Of a stretch of 64,000 nt of DNA, positions 9,609 to 19,353 are shown piece by piece. A program made the position numbers and the translations under genes. Origin of the DNA: Alphaproteobacteria bacterium (GTDB taxonomy: Bacteria; Pseudomonadota; Alphaproteobacteria; GCA-2731375); NCBI GenBank assembly GCA_965232515.1, contig CBDDPY010000002.1, positions 1,056,001-1,120,000 of the forward strand. The letters run 5' to 3'. How positions within the stretch are numbered: the stretch's first letter is position 1; each line of letters starts with the position of its first letter. The notes beneath the pieces are model-generated. The model was not told the DNA's origin, searched no databases, and worked only from the letters and a program-made list of their open reading frames with translations.

Positions 9609-10537
9609 CGAGAGCCAGCAAGTCATCGGGCCGGCTTGAGCATCTGCTTCGGTCCGGCCGCTTTGTGGTGACGGCGGAAACGACACCGCCACTGACCACG
9701 GACGCCTATCAGGTCATTGATCGCGTGGCGCCGCTGAAAGGCCTCGTCGACGCGGTCAACGTGACCGACGGCGCTGGCGCCCGGGCGCATCTATCGAGCC
9801 TGGCCGCGGCGGCGCGGATGCTGCAGGCCGGCATCGAACCGGTGCTGCAATTCACCACACGCGACCGCAACACGCTGGCGCTGGAACGCGACGTTCTGGG
9901 CGCGGCGGCGTTCAACATTCCGAACATGCTGGTGATCGGCGGCGATCCGATCGAACGCGGCGACGCGCCCGAAGCCACCGCAATCAACGATCTCGACAGC
10001 AAGGGGCTCGTCGGCCTCGTGGCGCACATGCGCGATCAGGCCAAACTGCCTTCGGGACGCGAGATCAAGCCGCCGCCAAAGCTGTTCGTCGGCGTTGCCG
10101 ACACGCCCGTTGATCCGCCCGCCGGCTGGCAACCGCACAGCCTGCTGGCGAAGATCGGCGAGGGCGCGGATTTCGTGCAGACGCAGTTCTGCTTCGACAT
10201 CGAGATCTGCCGGCGCTACGCGGCCGCGCTGGTGGACCTCGGCATCACCCAAAAGGTCTTTGTTCTGCTGGGCATCGGTCCGTTGGCATCCGCACGACAG
10301 GCCACCTGGATCCGCGACAATCTGCCAGGCTCGATCGTTCCCGATACCGTCATCGCGCGTCTGGAGGGGGCTGCCGACCCAAAGGCCGAGGGCAGGGCAG
10401 TCTGCGCCGAGCTGGTGCAAGCCTTGAAAGCGACCGCGGGCGTCGCCGGCGTCCATCTGATGGGGCCGCGAGCGGAGAGCGACATCGCGCAGTCCATCGA
10501 GGCCGCCGGCATCCTCGACGAGCGGCAGACGGCTTAA
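9605..10537 (+). CDS. metF: Methylenetetrahydrofolate reductase family protein (MetF-like)
   Basis: FVVTAETTPP, AVNVTDG, EPVLQFTTRDRN, GADFVQTQFCFD, GVAGVHLM; ATGA overlap with the P450 stop. Confidence 0.8.
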   Translation: MTRASKSSGRLEHLLRSGRFVVTAETTPPLTTDAYQVIDRVAPLKGLVDAVNVTDGAGARAHLSSLAAAARMLQAGIEPVLQFTTRDRNTLALERDVLGAAAFNIPNMLVIGGDPIERGDAPEATAINDLDSKGLVGLVAHMRDQAKLPSGREIKPPPKLFVGVADTPVDPPAGWQPHSLLAKIGEGADFVQTQFCFDIEICRRYAAALVDLGITQKVFVLLGIGPLASARQATWIRDNLPGSIVPDTVIARLEGAADPKAEGRAVCAELVQALKATAGVAGVHLMGPRAESDIAQSIEAAGILDERQTA

Positions 10538-12072
10538 TCGCCGCCGGCCCCGTCGTCCGGCCGGCGCAGCCGCAGCAGGAAGATGAACGGCGTGACCACG
10601 AACGCGGTGATCGCGAACAGCCAGAACGCGTTTACATAGCCGATCATCAGCGCCTGCCGTTCGATCTCGCCGCCAAGCGCGATCAGGCTGCGCGGGCTCT
10701 CGGTGTTCCAGGCCCCAGTGACCCAGGAATAGCGAAGCGTCTCGTTGAAGGGCGACACGACCTCGGTCATCGTCGCGTAGTTGATGTTCGCCGTGCGCAG
10801 CACCACGGCGATGCTGATCGAGATGAAGATACTGCTGCCGATGTTGCGCAGCAGATGGAACACGGCCGTGCTCTCGGGCAAATACTTCGGGTCCAGGGTG
10901 GCGAAGGTGATCATGGTCAGCGGCACCCAGATCAGCCCGACGCCGAGACCCTGAACGGCGCTGGTCCAGGCGACGTCCCAGGTCGTCAGGTTGATGTCGA
11001 AGTGGGCCATGTACCAGCCGGCGATGCCCTGCATGAGGAAGCCGATGGCCAGCCAGTAGCGCGGGTCGAAGCGGCTGGCGAACATCATGATGAAGAAGCC
11101 GGCGAGCGTGCCGATGCCGCGCGCGGCCAGCAGCAGGCCGATGATGGTGTCGGGATAGCCGCGCAGGTTTTGCAGCAAGGCTGGGAACAAGGTCATCGGC
11201 GTGAAGTTCAGCATGCCAAAGGCAAGCGTGAACATCAGGCCCAGTGCGAAGTTGCGATCGAGCAGGAGCTTCGGATTGAGGAACGGCTTGGCGGCCGTCA
11301 GGCTGTGGACCGCGAAGATCCAGAAGGCGACGAGAGCCAGGCATGCCTCGATGACGATCTCGGGCGACTCGAACCAGTCCTGGCGTTCGCCGCGGTCCAG
11401 CATCAGTTGGAATAACGCAATCGCCGCGCTCAAGGACAGAAACCCGATCCAATCGAGCGGCACCTCCCGTTCGCGCCGGCGGTCGGTGATGAACAGCCAG
11501 GCGCCGAGCAGCGTGATCAGACCGCAGGGCACGATCATGAAGAACACCCAGCGCCAGTTCTGCGCCTCGGTCAGGTAACCGCCGATGGTCGGCGCAATGA
11601 TTGGTCCCAACACCACGCCCATGCCAAAGATCGCCATCACGCCGCCATGCTGGCGCCTCTCATAGGTGTCGAGCACGATCGCCTGCGACAGTGGCACCAG
11701 CGGCGCGCCGAACAGACCCTGGCCGATGCGATAGACCACCAACTCCGGCAGGCTTGTCGCCAAGCCGCAAAGCAGCGAGAAGGCGCTGAACAGGAACACG
11801 CCGTAGAGCAGCAGGTTGCGGCGGCCGAAACGCGCTGCGAGCCAGCCGGTCATCGGCGTCGCGACGGCGGTGGCGACGAGATTGAAGGTCACGACCCAGG
11901 CGATCTGGTCCTGTGTCGCCGACAATGTCCCCTGCATCTTCGGCAGGGCGACATTGGCGATGGTGACGGTCATGGCGTAGAGCGCCGTCGCCATGGTCAG
12001 GGTGGCCAGCACGACGGCGCGGCCGAGCGCCGTCGCCGGTGGTGTATAGGCGGCGCTATCTAGGCTGGCCAT
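10534..12072 (-). CDS. DHA2 family (EmrB/QacA) MFS efflux permease
   Basis: TIANVALP.MQG.L, WVVT..L.A.A, RFGRR, GPIIAPTIGG.L, WRWVFF; about 14 hydrophobic segments. Confidence 0.9.
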   Translation of the reverse strand: MASLDSAAYTPPATALGRAVVLATLTMATALYAMTVTIANVALPKMQGTLSATQDQIAWVVTFNLVATAVATPMTGWLAARFGRRNLLLYGVFLFSAFSLLCGLATSLPELVVYRIGQGLFGAPLVPLSQAIVLDTYERRQHGGVMAIFGMGVVLGPIIAPTIGGYLTEAQNWRWVFFMIVPCGLITLLGAWLFITDRRREREVPLDWIGFLSLSAAIALFQLMLDRGERQDWFESPEIVIEACLALVAFWIFAVHSLTAAKPFLNPKLLLDRNFALGLMFTLAFGMLNFTPMTLFPALLQNLRGYPDTIIGLLLAARGIGTLAGFFIMMFASRFDPRYWLAIGFLMQGIAGWYMAHFDINLTTWDVAWTSAVQGLGVGLIWVPLTMITFATLDPKYLPESTAVFHLLRNIGSSIFISISIAVVLRTANINYATMTEVVSPFNETLRYSWVTGAWNTESPRSLIALGGEIERQALMIGYVNAFWLFAITAFVVTPFIFLLRLRRPDDGAGGD

Positions 12073-12107
12073 GCGGTCCGCCGGTCACGCCTGCCGGCAG
12101 GGGGGGA

Positions 12108-12494
12108 TCAGGCCGGCGCGTTGCGCGCCTTCGCCTCGCGGCGTCTGTTTCGGGCGTAAAGCCAGACCGCCAGCAATTCGTAGATGCCGGCCGCGACGTG
12201 GCGCACGCCGGGCCAGCCAACCACCGTCGCCAGCCAGCGGTAACGCGGAATCTCGGACCACAGGGCGGCGAAAGCCGGCACCCCGATCCGCAGACGGCCG
12301 TCGCGGTCGATCACGTGCAACCGCCGCTTCACGGCCTCCTGATCGAGGCCCAGCGCCGCAACGTCCGCCGGCTGTCTGGAAATATCGCACCACGTTAGCT
12401 CGTGATTATCGCACGCAGTTACGCGTTTGTAGTGCTCAATCTCGCGCCGGCAGATCGGGCAGGCGCCGTTGTAGTAGGTGGTGACACGCGACAT
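12108..12494 (-). CDS. DUF393 / DCC1-like thiol-disulfide oxidoreductase
   Basis: YNGACPIC CxxC motif, RLHVID..G....GV.AF..LW. Confidence 0.85.
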   Translation of the reverse strand: MSRVTTYYNGACPICRREIEHYKRVTACDNHELTWCDISRQPADVAALGLDQEAVKRRLHVIDRDGRLRIGVPAFAALWSEIPRYRWLATVVGWPGVRHVAAGIYELLAVWLYARNRRREAKARNAPA

Positions 12495-12539
12495 GCCCTT
12501 GATATTGCATCGCCAGACGTAGCCGGCAAGTCGGCGGCG

Positions 12540-14285
12540 TCATTCGCCGTCCGTCAGCCGGTGATCAGCGAGACGGCGCAAGCCGGCATACTCCTGCTCG
12601 CGCACCTGCGCCAGCAGCAGATTGACCGCATCGAGCGGCGTACCCAGCGCCTGCAGAACCTGTCCGGCGAGTTGCAGACTGGACTCTATGGCCTCCGGCA
12701 CGGCTTCGGTGGCGCCGGCGGCGATAAGTTCGGTCGTGTGCTGCACGTCGCGGGAGCGCACGTAGATCTTCAGCTCGGGCCAAGCCTGCCGGATGCTGGT
12801 CACCGCCCGCGCGGACGCCGTCGGATCGTCGAGCGTGATGACGATCGCGGCCGCGCGACGGGCGCCCAGCCGTTCCAGCACCTCGCGCCGGCTCGCGTTG
12901 CCGTAGAACGCGGGCACACCGCGCTTGCGCGCCTCGGTCACGCGCGCGGCGTTGATGTCGAGCGCGACATAGGACACCGCTTGCACCTCGAGCAACCGCG
13001 CGACGGTCCGGCCGACCCGACCATAGCCGGCGATCAGGACATGGCCCTCCAGATCCTGATCGTCCTCGGGGCCCGGCGACAGCGTCCCGGTGGCCTCGGA
13101 CGATGCGATCACCGATCCGACGCGGCGGGCAAAAATCGCCAAGAATGGCGTGACCACCAGCGAGAGGCTGGCCACGATCAGCATGAACTGCCCGACCGGA
13201 TCGGGCATCAGGCCGACGGCGACGGCGGCGCCGACCACCACGAAAGCGAACTCGCCGGCCTGTCCCAGGAGAAGGCCGGCCTCGACGGCAGCGGCGCGCG
13301 GCACGCCGAACAGCAGGCAGAGGGCGATCGCGATCGCCGCCTTCAAGACGATCAGCCCGACCACCGACATCGCCAGCCAGAAGGCCTTGTCGGCGACCTG
13401 GCCGAAATCAATCGCCATGCCCACCGAGATGAAGAACAGGCCGAGCAGCAGCCCCTTGAACGGCGCGATGTCGGTTTCGACCTGATGGCGGAATTCGGTC
13501 TCGGCCAGCAGCAGGCCGGCGAGAAACGCGCCAAGAGCCATGGATAGCCCGGCAACGCCGGTGCCGAAGGCCGTGCCCAGGATCGCCAGCAGGATCATGC
13601 CGGTGAACAGCTCGGGGCTGCGGGTGCCGGAGACCAGCTTGAACAGCGGCCGCAGCAGCAACCGACCCGCCACCATGATCGCGGCGACCGCCGCCAGCGC
13701 CTTCAACGCCACGACGCCGAGATTGGTGAGCACAGAACCCTCGGTGCTCTGACCGAAAACCGTGACCGCGAACAGGATCGGCACCACCGCCAGGTCCTGG
13801 AACAGCAGTATGGAAAAGCAGGTCCTTCCGGCCCGCGACCCGAGTTCGCCGCGTTCGATCAGCAGCTGCATCACGACCGCGGTCGAGGAAAGCGCCAGAC
13901 AGGCGCCCAGCACGATCGCGGCCTCCGTGCTGTTGCCCCAACCCCAGGCAACGAGACCGATGACGATCCCGGTCACGACCACCTGCGCCATGCCCAGGCC
14001 GAAGACCGAACGCCGCATGGCCCAGAGGCGCTCGACCGACAATTCCAACCCGACCGTGAACAAGAGGAACACCACGCCGAGCTCGGCCAGGCGTTGCACC
14101 CCCTCGACATCATCGATGACGCCAAGACCGTGCGGTCCGATCAGCGCGCCGATGGCGAGATAGCCCAGAATCGGGCTGGCCCGCAGCCGCTGAAACAACG
14201 GCACCACCAACACGGCTGAAACAAGAAAAACGACGATTTCTTTGATGTACGGGATCTCAGGGCCGTGACCGACCGATGCCTCCAA
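12540..14285 (-). CDS. CPA2 family monovalent cation:proton antiporter (KefB/KefC-like) with TrkA-N domain
   Basis: LAELGVVFLLF.VGLE, LSSTAVV, ILLFQDL, FKGLLLGLFF, GEFAFV; C-terminal IAGYGRVG domain. Confidence 0.92.
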   Translation of the reverse strand: MEASVGHGPEIPYIKEIVVFLVSAVLVVPLFQRLRASPILGYLAIGALIGPHGLGVIDDVEGVQRLAELGVVFLLFTVGLELSVERLWAMRRSVFGLGMAQVVVTGIVIGLVAWGWGNSTEAAIVLGACLALSSTAVVMQLLIERGELGSRAGRTCFSILLFQDLAVVPILFAVTVFGQSTEGSVLTNLGVVALKALAAVAAIMVAGRLLLRPLFKLVSGTRSPELFTGMILLAILGTAFGTGVAGLSMALGAFLAGLLLAETEFRHQVETDIAPFKGLLLGLFFISVGMAIDFGQVADKAFWLAMSVVGLIVLKAAIAIALCLLFGVPRAAAVEAGLLLGQAGEFAFVVVGAAVAVGLMPDPVGQFMLIVASLSLVVTPFLAIFARRVGSVIASSEATGTLSPGPEDDQDLEGHVLIAGYGRVGRTVARLLEVQAVSYVALDINAARVTEARKRGVPAFYGNASRREVLERLGARRAAAIVITLDDPTASARAVTSIRQAWPELKIYVRSRDVQHTTELIAAGATEAVPEAIESSLQLAGQVLQALGTPLDAVNLLLAQVREQEYAGLRRLADHRLTDGE

Positions 14286-14429
14286 TGTCTCTCTCCCGCA
14301 CGCCGCGACGGACGTCAGCAGCTTATCACGAAGCCGGGGCGCCCCTGCTGTCGCTTAGCCGCAACCGACCGGTAAATCAACCGGGCAGAGAGAAATCTTC
14401 AGTTGGCGGAGGCCGTTCGGGAGTTCGGT

Positions 14430-14648
14430 CTAGCAACCGGTGCAGGGCGCTTTACCGCAATTGCCGACAAGATGGTACCGAAGCCGAAGCAGCCCGTCCC
14501 GGCCGGCATCCACGACCCGCAGCAGCAGATCGGAGACCGCCCGCGACCGAAGCGCCGTGCCCTGCGCTCGCAGCGACATGGCGGCCGCGTTATTCAGAAT
14601 GCTCGTCGGATTGCCGGCTGCTTGAACCATGGAATTGAGCGTCATCAT
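14430..14648 (-). CDS. Small hypothetical protein (72 aa) with C-terminal Cys motif
   Basis: Good RBS (GAGGGAG) before ATG; isolated in a long intergenic gap; ends CGKAPCTGC. Confidence 0.5.
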   Translation of the reverse strand: MMTLNSMVQAAGNPTSILNNAAAMSLRAQGTALRSRAVSDLLLRVVDAGRDGLLRLRYHLVGNCGKAPCTGC

Positions 14649-14820
14649 TGTCGATCTCCCTCGGCTGTCGCCGAAAACAGGCCCCCGGTCCGGCCGGCGG
14701 CGACCATACCCTAGAAAGACTTAAGGGATGCCGGACCGGGGGGCCGATGTCGCGAAGCAACAGTCTGAAATTACGGCTCTCTACCGCCATTCACAAACGA
14801 GAACTTCTTTCGTTCAATTA

Positions 14821-14834
14821 AGATAATGTTATCT
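14821..14834. promoter_or_regulatory. Inverted-repeat operator candidate AGATAA-tg-TTATCT
   Basis: 6-bp perfect inverted repeat in an AT-rich patch upstream of the small ORF; fits the LysR-type T-N11-A spacing. Confidence 0.4.
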
Positions 14835-14975
14835 GAAGACAGACACCGCCTGACTGACCCGCGATCCGGGCGGCGGCGTTCATCCTGGCATCGCCCAGTG
14901 TGCCTCTATGCGACAGGGCAATCCCAAATCGGGTCAAACACGACGTGGAAACCGCCGATTGTCGCCGTCAATCGC

Positions 14976-14991
14976 TGGCACGGCACGTGCA
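14976..14991 (+). promoter_or_regulatory. Sigma54 (-24/-12) promoter candidate
   Basis: TGGCACGGCACGTGCA: GG-N10-GC with TGGCACG; one mismatch to TTGCA; intergenic. Confidence 0.55.
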
Positions 14992-15201
14992 GGTGATTAG
15001 GCGATCTTCTGAGGGCCGCTATCCCCCCGAGTACAGGCGAACCTCGCGTACAGGAAGGTCTCGGCCCGTCGGCGGCGTATGGTCGGCGGGCCGATTTCGT
15101 TACTGGAGCCGGTGACGAGCGCTTGCGGCCAGTGTCGGCACGACATATCTGAACGACAGGCCCGTTGCCTGGTTCGATCGAGACGCCACACATGCCGCTC
15201 A

Positions 15202-16239
15202 ATGGCTGATGCTCCGAACACCTCGCCGCCCATCGAGCAGACGCGCGGCCAGGAGCTTACGCCTATCGGTATCGACGAAGCCGTGGCCGGCGAGGTCGTC
15301 GACTGGGCCGTCGCGCGGTACTTCGATACCCGGCGCGACAAGATCACCGGCTTCGTCGATCGCCATTTCAGCTTCCAAGGCAGCTTGCGCCTGCATCGTC
15401 ACGCCGTCGGCTGGGACGTCTTGCGGGCGCCGGTCAACGTCGCTTTCGTATTGCCCACCGCCGGCATGAAACTCACGGCGCTCGGTCTTCGCCGATGTGG
15501 GCCGGGCGCCGCCGACACCGCGCGCTGGCTCGAGTCGCGCGACCTGTTTCTCAAGACCCGCGTCGGCGCCGAACTGCAATGGCTAATGCATACCGAGCTA
15601 TTGGAACTGCCCCTCGAGCAGGGCGGGCGACGCTTCGATCGCGACGCGCTCGCCGAACAGATCTTTTCGCATCCCCTTGTGCATGGCGCCCTGGAGCAGA
15701 CGATCCTGTCGGTTCGACAGGCCGCCGACCGGCCGGCGTTTCGCGAACGGCTGACGGAAGCGATGTCGACCTATACCGGTACTCGCGCCGCCGCCGCCGA
15801 TATCGCCAATGCGCTCATCGCCGCCGGTGTCGGCGCTGCCGCCTTCAAGCAACTGACGCCGGGCGCGATCACCATGGGCCCGGCGCTGGCCGCGGTGCTG
15901 GCGCAGCAATTCGCGATCCTGAATTTTCCGCTCGGCGCCGGCCTTGGCGGCCTGTGGTATGGCGCCTTTCCGGCCGCGGCCCCCGGCGCGCTTGTCGCCG
16001 GCAGCACGGCTGGCCTGATGGGCGTCGCCGCGGTCATGGCTGCCTTTGCCGGCATCCTCGCCGACCCGGCCCAGCGCAAGCTCGGCCTCCATCAGCGGCG
16101 GCTGCGCCGCATGCTCGACACGCTCGAACGGCAGTTCGGCGGCGACGCCGATGCCCAGTTCATCGTGCGCGATCACTACATCGCGAGGCTGGTGGACATC
16201 GTCGACTTGATGCGGGTCGCCATTCGCGTCGGCCAGTAG
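15202..16239 (+). CDS. Conserved hypothetical membrane-associated protein (DUF6635-like)
   Basis: Long ORF with host-like codon use; F.FQGSLRLHR.A.GWD.LRAP.N and DP.QR.LGLHQRRL motifs recalled from a proteobacterial hypothetical family. Start uncertain. Confidence 0.7.
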   Translation: MADAPNTSPPIEQTRGQELTPIGIDEAVAGEVVDWAVARYFDTRRDKITGFVDRHFSFQGSLRLHRHAVGWDVLRAPVNVAFVLPTAGMKLTALGLRRCGPGAADTARWLESRDLFLKTRVGAELQWLMHTELLELPLEQGGRRFDRDALAEQIFSHPLVHGALEQTILSVRQAADRPAFRERLTEAMSTYTGTRAAAADIANALIAAGVGAAAFKQLTPGAITMGPALAAVLAQQFAILNFPLGAGLGGLWYGAFPAAAPGALVAGSTAGLMGVAAVMAAFAGILADPAQRKLGLHQRRLRRMLDTLERQFGGDADAQFIVRDHYIARLVDIVDLMRVAIRVGQ

Positions 16240-16257
16240 CCGACCCTTCGCTCGCGG

Positions 16258-17436
16258 TCAGGCGTATCGGTTTTGCCGCGGCTCGTACGGCCCGTCCCAG
16301 AGCAAGCAATCGGGTCCCAGGTCGCGCAGGCTGGGGCATCCCATCTGGGCGAGGGTGAGCTCGATTTCCTGATGCAGGATGTCGATGGCACGGCCGGCCC
16401 CGGCGACGCCGGCGGCAGCGGCGCCATAGAGCGTTGGCCGCCCCAGGAAGACGAAGCTCGCGCCGAGGCAGAGCGCGACCAGCACGTCGGCGCCACGGCG
16501 GACGCCGCTGTCCAGCATCAGGGTCATGCGGTCGCCGACGGCCGCGTTGATCGCCGGCAGCACCTCGACGGGCGAGGGCGCCCGGTCGAGCTGGCGGCCG
16601 CCATGGTTCGACACGATGAGGCCATCAACACCCAACTCGGCCGCCCGCAGGGCGTCCTCCGGGTGCATGATGCCCTTGATCACGAAATTGCCCGGCCAGA
16701 GGCGGCGGAAGGTTTCGACATCGTGCCAAGTCGGCGACGTCGGCGTGTTCGTACTGACGAACTCCGCGACGTCGTGGGCGTCGGTGGCATCGCTCGCATA
16801 ACGCTGCCAGTTGGAGAACATCGGCATGCCGTTCTTCAGGTAGCTCGCGAGCCAGCCGGGATACCGGAGCGCGTCGAGCTTGGTCGCGAGCGACAGTTTG
16901 AGCGGCCGCTTGAATCCGTTGCGAAGATTGCGTTCGCGCTTGGCGTGCACCGGCACATCGACGGTCAGCACCAGCGTTGACAGACCGGCGTCGCGCGCCC
17001 GAACGATCATGTCCTTCGAGATTTCGCGGTCGCGGGCGGTATAGAGCTGATACCAGCCGTGCTCGGGCGCCAGTCTGCCCAGATCCTCGATCGAGGCGGT
17101 GCTGGCGCCGGACATGATGAAGGGCACGTCGGCGGCCTTCGCGGCCTCGGCCAGCATCAGGTCCGCGCCGGGGCGGAACAGGGCGGCGATGCCGGTCGGC
17201 GAAATGCCAACCGGACTGGCATAACGGCGGCCGAAGAGCGTGGTGCTTTGATCGACATGCGTGACATCGACCAGGTAGCGCGGCACCAGTCGGTGCTGGC
17301 GGAATGCCCATTGGTTCCTGTCCAGGCCGTCCTCGTCCTCGACGCCGCCATCGATGAAGTCGAAGGCGATCTTCGGCAGGCGGCGCTTGGCCAACCGACG
17401 CAGGTCCTCAATGTTGATGGCGTCGTCGAGATTCAT
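16258..17436 (-). CDS. FMN-dependent alpha-hydroxy-acid oxidase/dehydrogenase (LldD/MdlB family)
   Basis: AKRRLP...FDFIDGG, LTVD.P....RER, IKGI, VSNHGGRQLD, DSGVRRG.D. Confidence 0.93.
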   Translation of the reverse strand: MNLDDAINIEDLRRLAKRRLPKIAFDFIDGGVEDEDGLDRNQWAFRQHRLVPRYLVDVTHVDQSTTLFGRRYASPVGISPTGIAALFRPGADLMLAEAAKAADVPFIMSGASTASIEDLGRLAPEHGWYQLYTARDREISKDMIVRARDAGLSTLVLTVDVPVHAKRERNLRNGFKRPLKLSLATKLDALRYPGWLASYLKNGMPMFSNWQRYASDATDAHDVAEFVSTNTPTSPTWHDVETFRRLWPGNFVIKGIMHPEDALRAAELGVDGLIVSNHGGRQLDRAPSPVEVLPAINAAVGDRMTLMLDSGVRRGADVLVALCLGASFVFLGRPTLYGAAAAGVAGAGRAIDILHQEIELTLAQMGCPSLRDLGPDCLLWDGPYEPRQNRYA

Positions 17437-17457
17437 CGTTTCCGCAGCCCCGTTGGC

Positions 17458-17487
17458 CGGCATCCCCGCCCTTAGGCGGGGATGCCG
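17458..17487. other. Perfect 13-bp GC hairpin just upstream of the oxidase start
   Basis: CGGCATCCCCGCC-ctta-GGCGGGGATGCCG. Confidence 0.6.
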
Positions 17488-17618
17488 CAATGTTTTGATT
17501 TTGCCGTCATATTATGGTTCGCCGAAATCCGGCGACCAAGGGAATTGACCGGCGGGATACGGCTCTGAAGCCCGGGATGGGCATCGCCGCGGGAAGAAGC
17601 ACAATGCCGGAAAGTACA

Positions 17619-17647
17619 AAGGCCCAGACCGTCAAGGTCCGGGCCTT
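17619..17647 (-). terminator. Intrinsic terminator of tRNA-Asn
   Basis: Minus strand AAGGCCCGGACC-ttgac-GGTCTGGGCCTTT, about 10 nt past the CCA end. Confidence 0.7.
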
Positions 17648-17656
17648 CGTGAATTC

Positions 17657-17732
17657 TGGCTCCCCGGGCCGGACTCGAACCAGCGACCCAGCGGTTAACA
17701 GCCGCTTGCTCTACCAACTGAGCTACCGGGGA
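17657..17732 (-). tRNA. tRNA-Asn (GTT)
   Basis: TCCCCGGTAGCTCAGTTGGTAGAGCAAGCGGCT-GTT-AACCGCTGGGTCGCTGGTTCGAGTCCGGCCCGGGGAGCCA, 76 nt with encoded CCA. Confidence 0.98.
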
Positions 17733-17840
17733 TTACGAGCCTCTAAATGACGCAATCGCCGCGCCAAATCAAGGCCCGCGGTACATAGCAAAATGAGCTG
17801 TCGGATGCCAGCGGATGTTTGCCGTCAAGTGACGCTTTCG

Positions 17841-18740
17841 CTACGGCGTTTCGGGCGGCGCCGGCTCGGCGAGAAAGTCTGCGACGGCCGTCACGACGTC
17901 CGGATCCAGCAGGATGCGATTGTGGCCGAGACCGTCGGTCAGATGCAGCCGGGCGTCCGGCCAGGCCTCGGCAATGGCCTTGCCGTCAGCGGACGGTACT
18001 TGCTGATCGCCACGGTCGTGCAGGACCAGAGCTGGGATCGTCATCGTCGCCGCGAGGCGGGGACCGTCGAGACGGTCGAAGGGCACGCCTGCCCGACGCT
18101 GAACCTCGTGGAGCATGGCCCGGCGTCCGCCCATGGCGAGGCCGAGCATGTCGGCGACGCCGCGCACGAACACCTCGGCCCGCGCGGGCGGCGCGACCAG
18201 CGCCACCCGACCCACATCCAAGCCGTCCGACAGGGCGAGGACGGTGGCCGCCGAACCGACGGAATGGGCAATCACGCCATGCACGGGGCCGACCGCCTCG
18301 GCCACCGCGGCCACGGCATGCCCCATCTCGGGAATGGTCACCTGACGCCCGGCCGAGGCGCCATGGGCCGGCAGATCCACGGCGACCACCCGGAAACCAT
18401 GGGCCAGCAGCGGCGCGACAAACGCCCCGAACTGGCGGTGATCGCCCTCCCAGCCATGTACTGCCAGTACAACGGGTCCCTGGCCCCAGGCGCGGACGGA
18501 AAGGCCTGGCCAGCCCGGCACGGCAACCGACGTCGCCTCCGCATCAGGCTCGACCAGATGGCGCTCAGCCGGCCGGCGCCGAGGCGTCAGGAAAAGTTCG
18601 GCCGACCAGCGCCCCATTCGACCCGGCGCGACCGCCGAGGCCGCGAACATGAGTGCTCTGATCGCATGAAGTTTCACTGTGGTTGGCCGAACGTTCGTGC
18701 TTTTATGATTGGCGGGCGTGGCGTATTGAGCAATTGCCAT
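17841..18740 (-). CDS. Alpha/beta hydrolase
   Basis: LAVHGWEG, DLPAHG, nucleophile IAHSVG, HDRGD..V, GLGHNRIL; follows TetR gene. Confidence 0.9.
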   Translation of the reverse strand: MAIAQYATPANHKSTNVRPTTVKLHAIRALMFAASAVAPGRMGRWSAELFLTPRRRPAERHLVEPDAEATSVAVPGWPGLSVRAWGQGPVVLAVHGWEGDHRQFGAFVAPLLAHGFRVVAVDLPAHGASAGRQVTIPEMGHAVAAVAEAVGPVHGVIAHSVGSAATVLALSDGLDVGRVALVAPPARAEVFVRGVADMLGLAMGGRRAMLHEVQRRAGVPFDRLDGPRLAATMTIPALVLHDRGDQQVPSADGKAIAEAWPDARLHLTDGLGHNRILLDPDVVTAVADFLAEPAPPETP

Positions 18741-18760
18741 GTCGTCTCCAAGAAAGGCGC

Positions 18761-19348
18761 TTAAGCAGTTGATTGCGCGATCAGGGTCTCGAAGGCGAGG
18801 CCGGCGCGTTGGCCGGCTTTGGGATCGCGCAGCATCCGATTGGCGAAGTTGTAGCCCAGCAGAATGGAATGGAAGGCAAAGGCGAACTGCGCCGTGTCGA
18901 GATCGGGCTTGAAGTCGCCCTGGCGCACGGCCTTGTCGGCGATGCGGGCGATCAGATCCAGCCACTCGTTCTGTTGTTCGCACAGATAGTCGCGCAGCGG
19001 TCCGGGCTGATCGTCGAGCTCGGCGCTCGATGCCTGCAGCGGACAGCCGGCCGGCTGATCCTTGCCGGCCCAACTGAGATAGTTTTCGAAAAGCTTTCGC
19101 AGTCGCGCGATACCATCGCCCGGTGTCAGCGCGCTGGCGACCACGCGCTCGGTGAACCTGTGCACCATTTGCTCGAGCACGGCCTGCTGCAGCGCCTGCT
19201 TCGAGCCGAAATGGGCGAAGAGGCCGCTCTTCGACAATCCCGTGGTCTTCGCCAGCTCGCCGATGCTGAGCGCCGCCAGTCCCTCGACGGATGCCAGCGC
19301 CAGCGCCTGGTCGACGATCATAAAGCGTGTCTGTTCGCCCTTGCCCAT
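18761..19348 (-). CDS. TetR/AcrR family transcriptional regulator
   Basis: HTH LSIGELAKTTGLSKSGLFAHFGSKQ.LQ; GCP motif in C-domain. Confidence 0.93.
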   Translation of the reverse strand: MGKGEQTRFMIVDQALALASVEGLAALSIGELAKTTGLSKSGLFAHFGSKQALQQAVLEQMVHRFTERVVASALTPGDGIARLRKLFENYLSWAGKDQPAGCPLQASSAELDDQPGPLRDYLCEQQNEWLDLIARIADKAVRQGDFKPDLDTAQFAFAFHSILLGYNFANRMLRDPKAGQRAGLAFETLIAQSTA

Positions 19349-19353
19349 ATCGA

